From Chitinophagaceae bacterium (GTDB taxonomy: Bacteria > Bacteroidota > Bacteroidia > Chitinophagales > Chitinophagaceae), in contig DAIUCL010000001.1 of assembly GCA_036846185.1 (NCBI GenBank), positions 2,611 to 66,610 of the forward strand: a stretch of 64,000 nucleotides of DNA, in the 5' to 3' direction. This document shows, in pieces, positions 49,111 to 59,700 of the stretch; positions within the stretch are counted from its first letter, which is position 1; every line of letters starts with the position of its first letter. A program made the translations under genes and the position numbers. The notes below the pieces were generated by a model that did not search any database, was not told where the DNA came from, and saw only the letters and a program-made list of their open reading frames with translations.

Positions 49111-50363
49111 TGAAACAAACGATCATCCTTCAAATCGCACGCTCTCTATTGCTGGCTCGCTGGCGGCAGACACTCGTGGCTGCTGTTGGCGTCACTTTTA
49201 GTATCACAATGTTTGTAACTCTACTGGGCTTCATGACGGGGCTCAATGACCTTCTCGATGGGCTCATTCTCAACCGAACCCCTCACATACGACTCTACAA
49301 CGAAGTAAAACCCAATCCGATACAACCCATCCTCCAAACCGATACCTCTGCCTACCATTTTATCCAAAACATAAAACCCGGCAACAAACCCCAAAACATT
49401 CGCAACGCATCAGCTATCATAAAAGCTCTCAAACAAGATAAAAGAATCCTCGGAGTAGCCCCCAAATTATCCGCACAAGTATTTTACAATGTAGGTAATA
49501 TCGACATCAATGGCGTCATCAATGGTATCGATGTCGATGCCGAAGAAAAACTATTTCGATTCAGCGACTATATACCTCAAGGCGACTACCTTCAACTCAA
49601 ATACATGCCCAATAGCATCATACTCGGCAAAGCAGCCGCCGACAAAATGATGGCAAACATAGGCGATATCATCCAAGTCACTACACCTAATGGCGAACGC
49701 TTCCCGCTCAAAGTAGTCGGCTACTTCCAATCCGGACTCCAAGACCTGGACAAAGTACAGAGCTATGCCTCACTATCTACTACTCGAAAACTATTGGGCA
49801 AAGAATCATCCTACGTAACCGATATCAATATCAAACTCTACGACATCAATCTAGCTCCAGCTCTAAACCAAGAATACCGTGCCATATTCGATATCGATGG
49901 CGAAGATATTCAAACAGCCAATGCACAATTCGAAACCGGTAGCAATGTACGCAGTATTATTTCCTATGCCGTAGGCATCACTCTACTCATCGTAGCAGGA
50001 TTTGGTATCTACAATATTCTCAATATGATGATCTACGAAAAAATGGACTCCATCGCCATACTCAAAGCCACCGGCTTCTCCGGCAAAGATGTACGAAATA
50101 TATTCAATACCATTGCCCTCAGTATTGGACTTGCCGGTGGTGCTATGGGTTTGATCTTTGGGCTACTCCTCTCCGGCATCGTTGACCAAATCCCCTTCAA
50201 TACTGCCGCACTACCCACAGTCAAGACTTTCCCTGTCAACTACAACCCACAATTTTATATCATAGGCATCAGCTTCTCCATCCTCACCACCTTTCTTGCA
50301 GGTTACTTCCCCGCCCGCAAAGCCAGTAAGATAGACCCCGTCATTATCATACGAGGCAAATAG
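49110..50363 (+). CDS. ABC transporter permease, FtsX/LolC/MacB-type
   Basis: 417 aa. One TM helix precedes a large periplasmic domain and a C-terminal FtsX 3-TM bundle (KATGFSGKDVRNIF). GTG start overlaps the upstream stop (TAGTG). No ATPase gene is adjacent. Confidence 0.85.
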   Translation: MKQTIILQIARSLLLARWRQTLVAAVGVTFSITMFVTLLGFMTGLNDLLDGLILNRTPHIRLYNEVKPNPIQPILQTDTSAYHFIQNIKPGNKPQNIRNASAIIKALKQDKRILGVAPKLSAQVFYNVGNIDINGVINGIDVDAEEKLFRFSDYIPQGDYLQLKYMPNSIILGKAAADKMMANIGDIIQVTTPNGERFPLKVVGYFQSGLQDLDKVQSYASLSTTRKLLGKESSYVTDINIKLYDINLAPALNQEYRAIFDIDGEDIQTANAQFETGSNVRSIISYAVGITLLIVAGFGIYNILNMMIYEKMDSIAILKATGFSGKDVRNIFNTIALSIGLAGGAMGLIFGLLLSGIVDQIPFNTAALPTVKTFPVNYNPQFYIIGISFSILTTFLAGYFPARKASKIDPVIIIRGK

Positions 50364-50389
50364 CATCAAACGATTAAATCAAAATTTTA

Positions 50390-50509
50390 GGAGCTCATCG
50401 TAAGATTCATTATTCATCCACATCGAGCTCTCCGCTTGTATCTCTCTCTACGCAAGCTACGAGAGAGGATACCGCTGCGATCTCGGCTAGGGCTCATCGG
50501 CAGCCACAT
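50390..50509 (+). repeat. Family A repeat, copy A4
   Basis: Reads GGAGCTCATCG...CGAGCTCTCCGCTTGTATCTCTCTCTACGCAAGCTACGAGAGAGGATACCGCTGCGATCTCGGCTAGGGCTCATCGG. Its tail abuts the methyltransferase stop codon at 50510-50512. Confidence 0.88.
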
Positions 50510-51112
50510 CTATGATCCTATCCGTTTCTTTCGGAGTTTTACAAATAATTCAGTACCCCTACGAGGCGCTATAGAACGCTTACAAGATTCAAATATCTCC
50601 AACGTAAAAAAAGGTTCAAACAAGCTACGATACTCATCACCACTACCGCCAAAGGGAGGCCCTCCCTCAAATGATCTATTAAATAATACACCCACCAGAT
50701 AAGCACTATCCGCCAACAATGCATGCATCTTACGAGCATAAGCCTCTCTATACGAAGGTGGCAATGCACAAAAAAAAGTCTGCTCCAAAATAATATCATA
50801 CGTACCCTCATGCGCAAAAAAATCTTGACACAAAACTCGAACAGAATCATTTGATAAATACTTCTGTTGAAGCCGCTCTGCCAGTGAGGGGGCTATATCC
50901 AGCACGGTCACTTGCGAATAGCCATGACCCAAGAGCATATCTACCTCATACGCATTACCGGCTCCCGGTATCAATACACGACTCTGCCTATCAATATCCT
51001 CACTCAAAAAGTAATGATCAAAAGCCGGACAAGCCTGACCTATATCCCAGCCTGTCTCATTCCGGATATATCTATTATCCCAAAAGCTGGCATCTAAAGG
51101 ATTATTCATCAT
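50510..51112 (-). CDS. SAM-dependent methyltransferase, TPMT (thiopurine/halide methyltransferase) family
   Basis: 200 aa. Contains FWDNRY....GWD, VLIPGAGNAYE (SAM motif I) and F.AL.P..R..Y blocks. Confidence 0.8.
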   Translation of the reverse strand: MMNNPLDASFWDNRYIRNETGWDIGQACPAFDHYFLSEDIDRQSRVLIPGAGNAYEVDMLLGHGYSQVTVLDIAPSLAERLQQKYLSNDSVRVLCQDFFAHEGTYDIILEQTFFCALPPSYREAYARKMHALLADSAYLVGVLFNRSFEGGPPFGGSGDEYRSLFEPFFTLEIFESCKRSIAPRRGTELFVKLRKKRIGS

Positions 51113-51113
51113 A

Positions 51114-51734
51114 TCACAACAATAAAATTTTATTTCTTCCCAATTTCAATTCGCCTTGCGACTCAAGCTGCTTGAGCAGCCTCGATACGACTGCCCGCGC
51201 TGTGGCCAGCTCATTAGCCAGCTGCTCGTGTGATACATACAATTCATTGCTGCCGGTAAGGGCCGCTTTCTTTTCCAAAAGCGACACCAGCCTCTCATCC
51301 ACTTTTTTGAATGCTATTTCATTCACTACATCCAGCAATTCCTCAAAGCGCTTATGATACAATTTAAAAATATAATCGAGCCACTCTGGATACTCTCGTA
51401 GAAGCTGTGTTACACGCTCCAATGGAATAAAAAGGATTTCGGCATCCTCCTCTACTTCAGCACGCACTTTGCTGGTTTCTTGATGCAAACCTCCCAAAAA
51501 AGACATTATACAACTTTCTCCCGACTTGATGTAATATAAAAGAATTTCTCTGTCATCATCATCAGATCGGATAACTCTTATGCTACCTTGTGTCACCAAA
51601 GGAATAGCCTGTATCGATGCATTCTCTTGCAGGATAGTGTCACCCGCTTTAAAATGCCTTACCACACTGTATTCATACAATTTCTTGAGAAGCTCTGGAG
51701 AAGGCTTGTACTCTATTAGATATTTATTGGGCAT
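51114..51734 (-). CDS. Crp/Fnr family transcriptional regulator
   Basis: 206 aa. Has an N-terminal cNMP-binding beta-roll and a C-terminal HTH (SHEQLANELATARAVVSRLLKQLE). Confidence 0.85.
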   Translation of the reverse strand: MPNKYLIEYKPSPELLKKLYEYSVVRHFKAGDTILQENASIQAIPLVTQGSIRVIRSDDDDREILLYYIKSGESCIMSFLGGLHQETSKVRAEVEEDAEILFIPLERVTQLLREYPEWLDYIFKLYHKRFEELLDVVNEIAFKKVDERLVSLLEKKAALTGSNELYVSHEQLANELATARAVVSRLLKQLESQGELKLGRNKILLL

Positions 51735-51747
51735 GATGCAATATACA

Positions 51748-52425
51748 TCAAATAGTTATCTTCAAAGACTTAGATTTAGTACGTGCTTTAGATGGCTTTT
51801 TTTCATCCAGGTCGAATCCTACACCGATAGTAAGCAAGTTGGCTTCTATGAGTGAACTGTTGTAAAAGTTATTCAGATAATAATTGGCTGTTATAGAAAA
51901 ACGTTGGATGCGCATGCCGGCAAATACAGATGTAAATAAGTTAGAAGCCTTATCACTGAAAAACTCATTGTCTTTAAATACCTTTTTGTTGTGAACAAAT
52001 CTTTTCCATTTATAATTCATAGCCAATGAGGCATCCACCCCAAATTTGAATTGCAAATCATTGTCATTGGACTTGATTTTAAACCCTAGCGGAGCCCCCA
52101 CAAGATATACTCTCTCTTTAATCTTTGTGCTATCATTCCACTTTGTGATAAGCCCTATATTGCGCATGTGTATGCCAGAGAATACGACCAGATTTTTATT
52201 CATTTTGTAATTGATATCAAAACCGGTATTAAAAAAATAGGTGTAGCGAGGTATCGTTTTGATACTTGGGTTTCGGAAAGCGATTTGCAGCAAACTTCCT
52301 TCAACACCGGATGACACATATACTTTTTTATTTTTGGGTGTAAATGATGTTGAATCTTGAGCTTGAACTTGCATTTGACAAAATGCTACTAAGAGGATCG
52401 AAAAAATGAGTTTAAATGATTTCAT
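51748..52425 (-). CDS. Putative outer-membrane beta-barrel protein
   Basis: 225 aa. Has the signal peptide MKSFKLIFSILLVAFCQMQVQAQ and alternating beta-strand pattern. No specific family named. Confidence 0.6.
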   Translation of the reverse strand: MKSFKLIFSILLVAFCQMQVQAQDSTSFTPKNKKVYVSSGVEGSLLQIAFRNPSIKTIPRYTYFFNTGFDINYKMNKNLVVFSGIHMRNIGLITKWNDSTKIKERVYLVGAPLGFKIKSNDNDLQFKFGVDASLAMNYKWKRFVHNKKVFKDNEFFSDKASNLFTSVFAGMRIQRFSITANYYLNNFYNSSLIEANLLTIGVGFDLDEKKPSKARTKSKSLKITI

Positions 52426-52513
52426 GAATGTTTGTTTTGTAGTAGATCGTTTATAGGCAGTAAAGGTTACACAAAATTGCGTTATTTTTTTGGTTTATCG
52501 ATAATTTACTTAT

Positions 52514-53110
52514 TTAAGTTCCTGTATTTTCCAGCAATCGAAAACTTTTTCGGTGATATGGCGTAATACCCCATTGTGCTATAGCCTTTCTATGCGCTTT
52601 GGTAGGATAGCCTTTATTCTGATGCCACAGATAGTGTTCGTATTCGAGATGAAGCTTATTCATCAGATCGTCGCGATAGGTTTTGGCGAGTATACTAGCA
52701 GCAGCTATGGATGCAAATTTACTATCGCCCTTCACGATGCAAGTATGAGGCACAAATGGAAATGGATTGAATCGATTACCATCGACGAGTATGTGTTGTG
52801 GTGCTACTGCCAAGGCTTCAAGTGCCATATGCATTGCTTTAAAGGATGCTTGTAGGATATTGATTTGATCTATTTCGCCGGTATCTACCACTCCTATCGC
52901 ATAGGCTATGGCTAGCTCTTCTATTTGTGGTCGTAGTGCATAGCGTTCTGATTCTTTGAGCTGCTTTGAGTCATTGAGCATTGGCAAGCAGAGGTCTTGT
53001 GGCCATATCACGGCCGCGGCTACCACCGGGCCTGCCAAGCAGCCTCGTCCGGCTTCGTCGCAACCAGCTTCGAGGAGTGATGCGTTGTAGTAAGATTGAA
53101 GCACCAGCAA
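52514..53110 (-). CDS. rnhB: Ribonuclease HII
   Basis: 198 aa. Contains GCDEAGRGCLAGPVV and DSK.L, the DEDD-type active-site blocks of RNase HII. Confidence 0.93.
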   Translation of the reverse strand: MLVLQSYYNASLLEAGCDEAGRGCLAGPVVAAAVIWPQDLCLPMLNDSKQLKESERYALRPQIEELAIAYAIGVVDTGEIDQINILQASFKAMHMALEALAVAPQHILVDGNRFNPFPFVPHTCIVKGDSKFASIAAASILAKTYRDDLMNKLHLEYEHYLWHQNKGYPTKAHRKAIAQWGITPYHRKSFRLLENTGT

Positions 53111-53116
53111 GAAAAT

Positions 53117-53902
53117 TTAGATAGATCCGGTACGTCCTCCATCGACACAAATACTCTGCCCAGTAAGGTAGGATGCAGCCGGCGAAGCCAGAAAGGCTGC
53201 TACAGCGGCTATTTCTTCGGCTTGACCAAATCGGCGCATGGGTATTTCATGGAGCATTTCATTAGCTACTTCTTCTTGGGCTATTTGATTTTTTTTCGAT
53301 TTGTTTTCGATTATCGAAGATAAGCGTATCGTAGCGGTAGCTCCTGGCAGTACATTGTTGACAGTGATTCCATCTTTTGCTACTTCGTTGGCCATCGTTT
53401 TGGCCCATGCTGCCACAGCGGCTCTGGTAGTGTTACTTACACCTAGGTTGGGCAGGGGAACTTTCACCGAAGTCGATATCACATTGATGATGCGTCCGTA
53501 GCCACTTTGGCGCATACCGGGCAGGAGCGCCGTAGCCAATTGATGATTATTGATGAGGTGTAATTGTAATGCCGACAGGAAGTCGCCTGTGGCTGCCTCT
53601 ACAATTGGACCTGCGGGTGGGCCTCCGGTATTGTTGATGAGTATATGTATGATGTTGTGTTGGAGTATCGAATGTACGGCTTCCAATACCGATGTATTGT
53701 CTGAAAAATCAGCCACTGTGGTTTGATGAACTTGCCCTTGGGTGGTATCCAGTTCGCTTTTGGCTAGTTGTAATCGTTCGGCATTGCGAGCCATCAGTAT
53801 ACAATCGGCTCCTAATAGTGCTAGTTCTTTGGCGATTGCAAGTCCTATGCCTTGTGTGCTACCGCATACGAGAGCGGTTTTGCCTTGTAATGATAAATTC
53901 AT
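53117..53902 (-). CDS. SDR family oxidoreductase (FabG-like)
   Basis: 261 aa. Has the N-terminal cofactor motif ALVCGSTQGIGLAIA and an NNTG block. The C-terminus YLTGQSICVDGG is typical of classical SDRs. Confidence 0.88.
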   Translation of the reverse strand: MNLSLQGKTALVCGSTQGIGLAIAKELALLGADCILMARNAERLQLAKSELDTTQGQVHQTTVADFSDNTSVLEAVHSILQHNIIHILINNTGGPPAGPIVEAATGDFLSALQLHLINNHQLATALLPGMRQSGYGRIINVISTSVKVPLPNLGVSNTTRAAVAAWAKTMANEVAKDGITVNNVLPGATATIRLSSIIENKSKKNQIAQEEVANEMLHEIPMRRFGQAEEIAAVAAFLASPAASYLTGQSICVDGGRTGSI

Positions 53903-54011
53903 GCTGCAAAGATAAAGTGATAGACCTGCATTGAGAACAAAACGATATTAACACCGTATAGTGATTGAGAAAACACAGCTAGAGAGCTTGTGAGGTTTAT
54001 GGCAGTATGAT

Positions 54012-54155
54012 GCGGCAACGATTGTAGAGAAAAGCCCGGACGACCGATGCGTAGGGATGCAGGGTATGGCAGAGCGGAGGGACGGAGCTACTGCCATAGC
54101 TTGCAGCCCTAGCAGAGGGCGGAGGACTTGCAGCGGAAAGCGTGTGCGCCGCCCA
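54012..54155 (+). repeat. Family B repeat, copy B2
   Basis: Reads GCGGCAACGATTGTAGAGAAAAGCCCGG...TATGGCAGAGC-GGAGGGACGGA-GCTACTGCCATA...GGAGGACTTGCAGCGGAAAGCGTGTGCGCCGCCCA. Confidence 0.9.
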
Positions 54156-54165
54156 GATTATTGAA

Positions 54166-55395
54166 TTAGAATTCGACTTCCAGAGCCATTTTGCTATTTG
54201 CTCGGATAAATTCTATGATTGTACGTTCGCCTTTTTTGAATTGTGCTAAGGCTTTCATATAATCTTGCACGGACTGTATGGTATGTGAGCCCAATGCGGT
54301 AATGATATCTCCTCCTTGCAGCCCGGCTTTGGAGGCGGGTTTGCCATCGCTTACACCATCGAGGCGCATGCCCTTGCCATCAAAGGTATAGTCAGGCATT
54401 ACACCCAGCGTGACGCCGAATGACATGCGTTTGCTTTCGGGTTCTTTGGTTTTAAGAAAGTTTAGTTTGGGTTTTTGTTCCAGTTCGAATATCATGTCGA
54501 TGATGAGTTCGAGGATGTCGGCTTCGCCTTTGAGGTTTATTTTATCGAAGTCATCGGTTGGCTTGTGATAGTCGCTGTGCTGGCCGGTGAAGAAGTGCAC
54601 TACGGGTATATTTTTGAGATAAAAGGAGGTTTGATCACTGGGACCTATTCCGGCACTGTCGTATTTCATCACAAAATGAGTATTGATTTTTTCCAATGCA
54701 GGTATCCATTCTGCACTGGTACCTACGCCGTGTACCAGAAGTTTGTGCGTACTATCATTGAGACGGCCTATCATATCCATATTCACCATATAATTGATAC
54801 GTTCGAGCGGATAGCTAGGATTTTCGCACCATTTTTTGGAACCCAAAAGCCCCAGTTCTTCACCGGAGAAGGTCATGAAGAGGAAATTATATTTTTCGCG
54901 GATTCCATTGTGCGCAAAATAGCGTGCGAGCTCTAGTACTCCGGCTACACCACTGGCATTATCATCCGCACCATTGTGGATACGACCGTGTGGATTGGCG
55001 TCCAAACTATTCTCGTCATGGCCCAGACCCAGGTGATCGAAGTGTGCACCGATGACGATGGTGTATTCGGCATTGTTGTCGAGATAGGCGAGTACATTAC
55101 GGCCTTTACGGATTTCGCCGTCGGCATGAGTGGTATCATGCACTTTTTTGGAGTGGCGAAAAGTAAAGTCGTAATAGTAGCCCTTACTTCCCTTGGGACT
55201 GAGTCCCATTGCCTTGAACTGGGAGGTGATATAGGCTGCAGCTAATCGTTCGCCTTCGCTGGAGGTACCTCTACCCTGCAGCCTATCGGATGATAAGTAG
55301 GATATATGTGCGGCTACCTGATCGGTTTTGATACGCTGAGCCAATGTGCTTTGGGCCAATAGTATAGCGACAAGTATTGTGTAAATATTTTTCAT
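54166..55395 (-). CDS. M28-family aminopeptidase with C-terminal PDZ domain
   Basis: 409 aa with a signal peptide. Zn ligand blocks are HFDHLG, GADDNASG and EELGLLGS. A C-terminal PDZ is present (SDGKPASKAGLQGGDII). Confidence 0.88.
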   Translation of the reverse strand: MKNIYTILVAILLAQSTLAQRIKTDQVAAHISYLSSDRLQGRGTSSEGERLAAAYITSQFKAMGLSPKGSKGYYYDFTFRHSKKVHDTTHADGEIRKGRNVLAYLDNNAEYTIVIGAHFDHLGLGHDENSLDANPHGRIHNGADDNASGVAGVLELARYFAHNGIREKYNFLFMTFSGEELGLLGSKKWCENPSYPLERINYMVNMDMIGRLNDSTHKLLVHGVGTSAEWIPALEKINTHFVMKYDSAGIGPSDQTSFYLKNIPVVHFFTGQHSDYHKPTDDFDKINLKGEADILELIIDMIFELEQKPKLNFLKTKEPESKRMSFGVTLGVMPDYTFDGKGMRLDGVSDGKPASKAGLQGGDIITALGSHTIQSVQDYMKALAQFKKGERTIIEFIRANSKMALEVEF

Positions 55396-55407
55396 TGATA
55401 GTTGATT

Positions 55408-56457
55408 TTAGTCTTTCCAGTCGGCAATAAACAAGTTTGTGTCTCGTGTACCTCCATTATTACGATTGGACGAAAATATCAATTTTTTTCCATCGGGAGA
55501 AAACATAGGGAAGGCGTTGAATTTACTTTCGGTAGTCAATTGTGTGAGTCCGGTACCATCTATGTTGATGAGATATAACTGGAAGTCGTATCCTTTTTCG
55601 CTGTGATGATTGCTTGAAAAAATAATTTTTTCGCCGGAAGGATGAAAAAAGGGAGCCCAATTGGCTTTGCCCAGATGCGTGACTTGGCGAAGACCTGAGC
55701 CATCAGCATTGCATACATATATCTCCATATTGGTGGGTGCTACCAAGCCTTTGGCCAGATAATCTTTGTATTCTTTGATTTCCGTTTCGGTCTGTGGACG
55801 CGAAGCTCTGAATACGATTTTGGAGCCGTCGGGAGAGAAAAAGGCGCCACCATCATAGCCGAGGCCGAAGGTTATCTGGCGTTGATTACTACCATCGATA
55901 TCCATAGTCCAGAGTTCTAAATCGCCGGAGCGAGTGCTGGTAAACACAATTTTGTCGCCACGAGGCGATACCGTAGCTTCGGCATCATAGCCTGGCGCAT
56001 GGGTCAGTTGTCGTTTTTGATTACCCTGCATATCCGACACAAATATGTCGTATTCATTATAGATAGGCCACAAGTACTTGCCTTGCTCGTAGGCCATGTG
56101 CGGGCAGGCATGGCCACCTAGATGAGTGGAGGCATAGATTATCTCTTTATTGTCGGGCATAAAATAGCTACACGTGGTGCGACCTAGCCCTGTACTTACC
56201 ATAGTAGGTTTGTAGCTGCTGTCTTTCATCGCTTTGCTGATATCCATCGCAAATATTTGGTCGCAGCTCAGCCCCCATTTGGGGTTGTTGCTTTGAAATG
56301 CGAGCTTAGTACCATCGGGGCTAAAATAGGCCTCGGCATTATCACCTCCAAAGGTGAGCTGGGTGATATTATGAATATGTTTTTCTTGAGTCTGAGCAAA
56401 AGCCATGCTGCTGACGAGTAAGCAAAGTGCAATGAATGAACTACTGAATTTTGTCAT
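55408..56457 (-). CDS. TolB-like PD40 (WD40-like) beta-propeller repeat protein
   Basis: ORF 55408-56466. A CAAATGTA -7 box at 56464-56471 overlaps the first ATG, so the start at 56457 (MTKFSSS...) is preferred. Five FSPDG.K..F.S repeats are present. Confidence 0.85.
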   Translation of the reverse strand: MTKFSSSFIALCLLVSSMAFAQTQEKHIHNITQLTFGGDNAEAYFSPDGTKLAFQSNNPKWGLSCDQIFAMDISKAMKDSSYKPTMVSTGLGRTTCSYFMPDNKEIIYASTHLGGHACPHMAYEQGKYLWPIYNEYDIFVSDMQGNQKRQLTHAPGYDAEATVSPRGDKIVFTSTRSGDLELWTMDIDGSNQRQITFGLGYDGGAFFSPDGSKIVFRASRPQTETEIKEYKDYLAKGLVAPTNMEIYVCNADGSGLRQVTHLGKANWAPFFHPSGEKIIFSSNHHSEKGYDFQLYLINIDGTGLTQLTTESKFNAFPMFSPDGKKLIFSSNRNNGGTRDTNLFIADWKD

Positions 56458-56543
56458 AGGGTGCAAATGTAATACAATGGACTACCTCTGGTGGTAAATA
56501 ATCTGCAAACAGTTGATTTACATTATCTATATGCATTTAGGAG

Positions 56544-56688
56544 TGGGCGGCAGACACGCTTTGCGTTACTAGTCCTCGCCTCTCAGCCTGAGCTGCTAAG
56601 TGCTGCCGATGGCTCCGTGCCTCCGCCCCGCCACCACTTGCAGCTCTAGGCATCGACGCTGTGGGCTATCCACTACAATCGTTGCCGC
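56544..56688 (-). repeat. Family B repeat, copy B4
   Basis: The reverse complement reads GCGGCAACGATTGTAGTGGATAGCCCAC...GGC-GGAGGCACGGA-GCC...GAGGACTAGTAACGCAAAGCGTGTCTGCCGCCCA. Confidence 0.9.
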
Positions 56689-56709
56689 GAGGGAGCTTGT
56701 GAGTTTTAT

Positions 56710-59700
56710 TTATGGCTGAGTATCAGAGCTATTATCCGGTTCTATGTTTGGGTCAGCTTCCTTAAGATCGATATAGTGATGATTGTCTTTTATAAAATTG
56801 CACCATTTGCAATCATCTTTACCGCAACCGGTATAAAAATCTTTGGATTGTATACGATGCCATGTTTCTTTTATTTGTTTTTTTACGATAGCCACATCTT
56901 CATCTGTAGGTACAACTGTGTATTTATTAAATTTATAATCGTCAGACGGTTCTACGGATTGAAACGTAGTATGTAGTACACGATAATTTTTACCACGATC
57001 CGATTCGGCCAGTATTTTATAGAACACCGCTTGCCTCCAATAATCACCTCCATTGGGTTCTGCTGCCGTAGGTGGTTTTAGTTTTGCCATATTATTTTTC
57101 AGATTGCCGGTTTTATAATCGACTACAGTGATGTTTGAAAAATCATGTACTATTTTATCCAACTTACCTTTGATAGGAATGCCATCAATGAATATATTGT
57201 TGAAATTTTTTTCGACAGATATGAGTTCTACATTTTCCCATTGTGGCAAATAAACTTGGTAAAACTGAGGTAGTATTTTTTGTCCAAATTCCAGATACCT
57301 AGTGTAGTTCTCTTTTGAGAACACTTCTCTATTGTGATACATTTTCCATTCAAAATCTTTGACAAAGACCTCTAGCGAGGGAAACTGTTTATTATTTTCT
57401 TCTCTTCTCACAAATAAGCGTTCTAAGGCAAAATGGATAGATGTTCCGTAGACTAAGTATTCACTTTGGCTAGCCGGCACACGCAAGAGATTGTTGTAGT
57501 AGAAACTCACTGGGCATGCCAAAAAGTTGTTGAGCGCAGTGACACTCATTTCGAATCGGGATATAATCGTATCCAACATATCATGATCAAAGGGTTCTAG
57601 GACCGGCTTTTTATCTTTGTGAATGTAAACTGGCAGGTATGCTTCTACTAATTCGGGACTCAGCGAGATTTGCTGTTTTTCCAATTGGATTTTTTCTGTG
57701 ATTTCAGCAATAAATTTGCTTGGTGTATTCTTCTTTGAATTCATATCATTTTCGGCCCACGAAATATTAAGATGCTCCATGGCTCTCGTCATAGCAACAA
57801 AAAAAAGGCGTCTCTTTTCTTCCAATGTTAAGAGTTCATCTGCCACTTGTAGATGACCTTTCCACACGGTATCAGGGAGAAAATAATTATTATTTGCACT
57901 GGGTTTGTTTTCCTCCCATTGCTTGGTGTGGGTTTGTATCAAAAATACGTATCTGAATTCTAAGCCTTTGCTACCATGTGCTGTGAGTAAGTTCACTCCG
58001 TTTTCATTGCCATAGCTACGGTGAAGCGGAATGCTTATACGTTGGTTTTCCATCACTTCGATTACTTGCAAAAAAGTTTGTATTGTATGATTAGGTTTTC
58101 GATGCATTTCTTCTTTTGCAAAATCCATGAAGGCCCTGAGTATATCCAGATTCCAAAGTTTATCCTCTGTATTCAGTGCATGTAGTACAAAGCGACCTTC
58201 GTGAAGAATATTATTGATGAGTTGAAGTACGGATAAGTTATAGGAATCGCTTATCCATTTTTCGAGAAGTAGGTTTAGCTCATGGATATTGGGGTGGATA
58301 GGTTGGTCAAATAGGGTTTGTTGATTTTGCTGTGAAGTATAGTTGATGAATGAGCGGAATGAGGCTGATTTACTTTTTTGTTTGTAATTGTATTCATTCG
58401 CTCTGATACTAGCTATAGCTATTGCATTAGCAGGTATTTGATAGATATCAAAATGAAGTATTTCAAAAAGTAAGCTATCGCCCGAGTAAGGCATGGTGGT
58501 TTCGGCTACGATATATTGAAGGATCGTGAGCAGCTTGCGTGATAGAGTGAGTTCAAATAGGTTTTCGGTATTTTTTGCATAAAATGGTATGTGTTTGCTT
58601 TTTAAGAATTGCATCATCTCTTTACCGATAGCATTGTGTGTATAGATGACCGCAATTTCGTTGGCCGGAATCTGGTGAGTGTGAATGAGTTGATAGATTT
58701 CTTGAGTAATGGATGCCATTTCCTGAAAGGGATTTTTGTAACAGCGTAGCTGTGGAGCTATTTGTATTTGTAGGCGCTGTGTATTGGCGGCTATTATGTT
58801 TTTGTTGAGTTTGGGGTCCGTGTTACAGAGTCGTTGGGTGTTGTTTTCGATGACGGCAGCTGAGGCATCAAGGATAATTTGCGTGGATCTATAGTTTTTT
58901 TGTAGCACGATTTGAGTGAGTGTGTCGGCATATTGTTTTTTGAAGCTAAGAATATTTTCGACATTGGCACCTTGAAATCGATAGATAGATTGGTCGTCAT
59001 CACCAACGGCAAATATATTGGGGGTACTGTCGCCACTGATGAGATGATCTAAGAGATTATTTTGGGCGCCACTGGTATCTTGAAACTCATCGACCAATAC
59101 AAATTGGAATTGCTCTTGATAGTTGGCTAGCACATCACTGTTGGATGCAAATAATTGGTTGACCCAATTAATCATGTCATCAAAATCGTAGAGGCCACGG
59201 GCTTGCATTTTTTCGTCGAATTTGTCGAATGTTTTTATAGCTGCTCTTATGGAAAGCATTCTATTTATCTCTGCTTCTATTTTATCTGTCCTTGCATCTC
59301 CAGCATTGTATACTTTACCATCTTTTGCGGTATGTTTTCTTTTGGCCGTAAATCCGGGGCGCTCCGGGAGGCTTATTTCGTATCGATCTATAGCCTCTAT
59401 CAAGTAGCTTACGGTCCATCCTTCTTTTTTCATGGTGGCATAGAGGTTTTGTAACTTAACCAGATCAAAGTAGGCAGAGCTTTTATATCGCTTTAGTGGA
59501 TTGTTTGGTTCAAATTCATCGATTATTTCTCGAATAATTTCTACTTTTTCAATATCGCTAACGGGTTCCATACTGGCTTTGTTGAAGTGCATCACATTGT
59601 CTTGTATCACCTTACTGCAAAAAGAGTGAAAGGTATGAATGGCGACTCGGTAGGCGTCGGCACCGATCATGTCCAGTAGTCTGCTTCGCATGGCTACTCT

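Noticed and set aside
50851-51357. 168-aa plus-strand ORF overlapping the methyltransferase and Crp genes. Similar antisense ORFs occur at 54475-54936, 25526-25936, 20787-21140, 5316-5669, 15564-15878, 32718-33029 and 62812-63303.
   Set aside because: Each lies opposite a well-supported gene and has low-complexity or biased composition. None has a promoter box or a recognisable motif.
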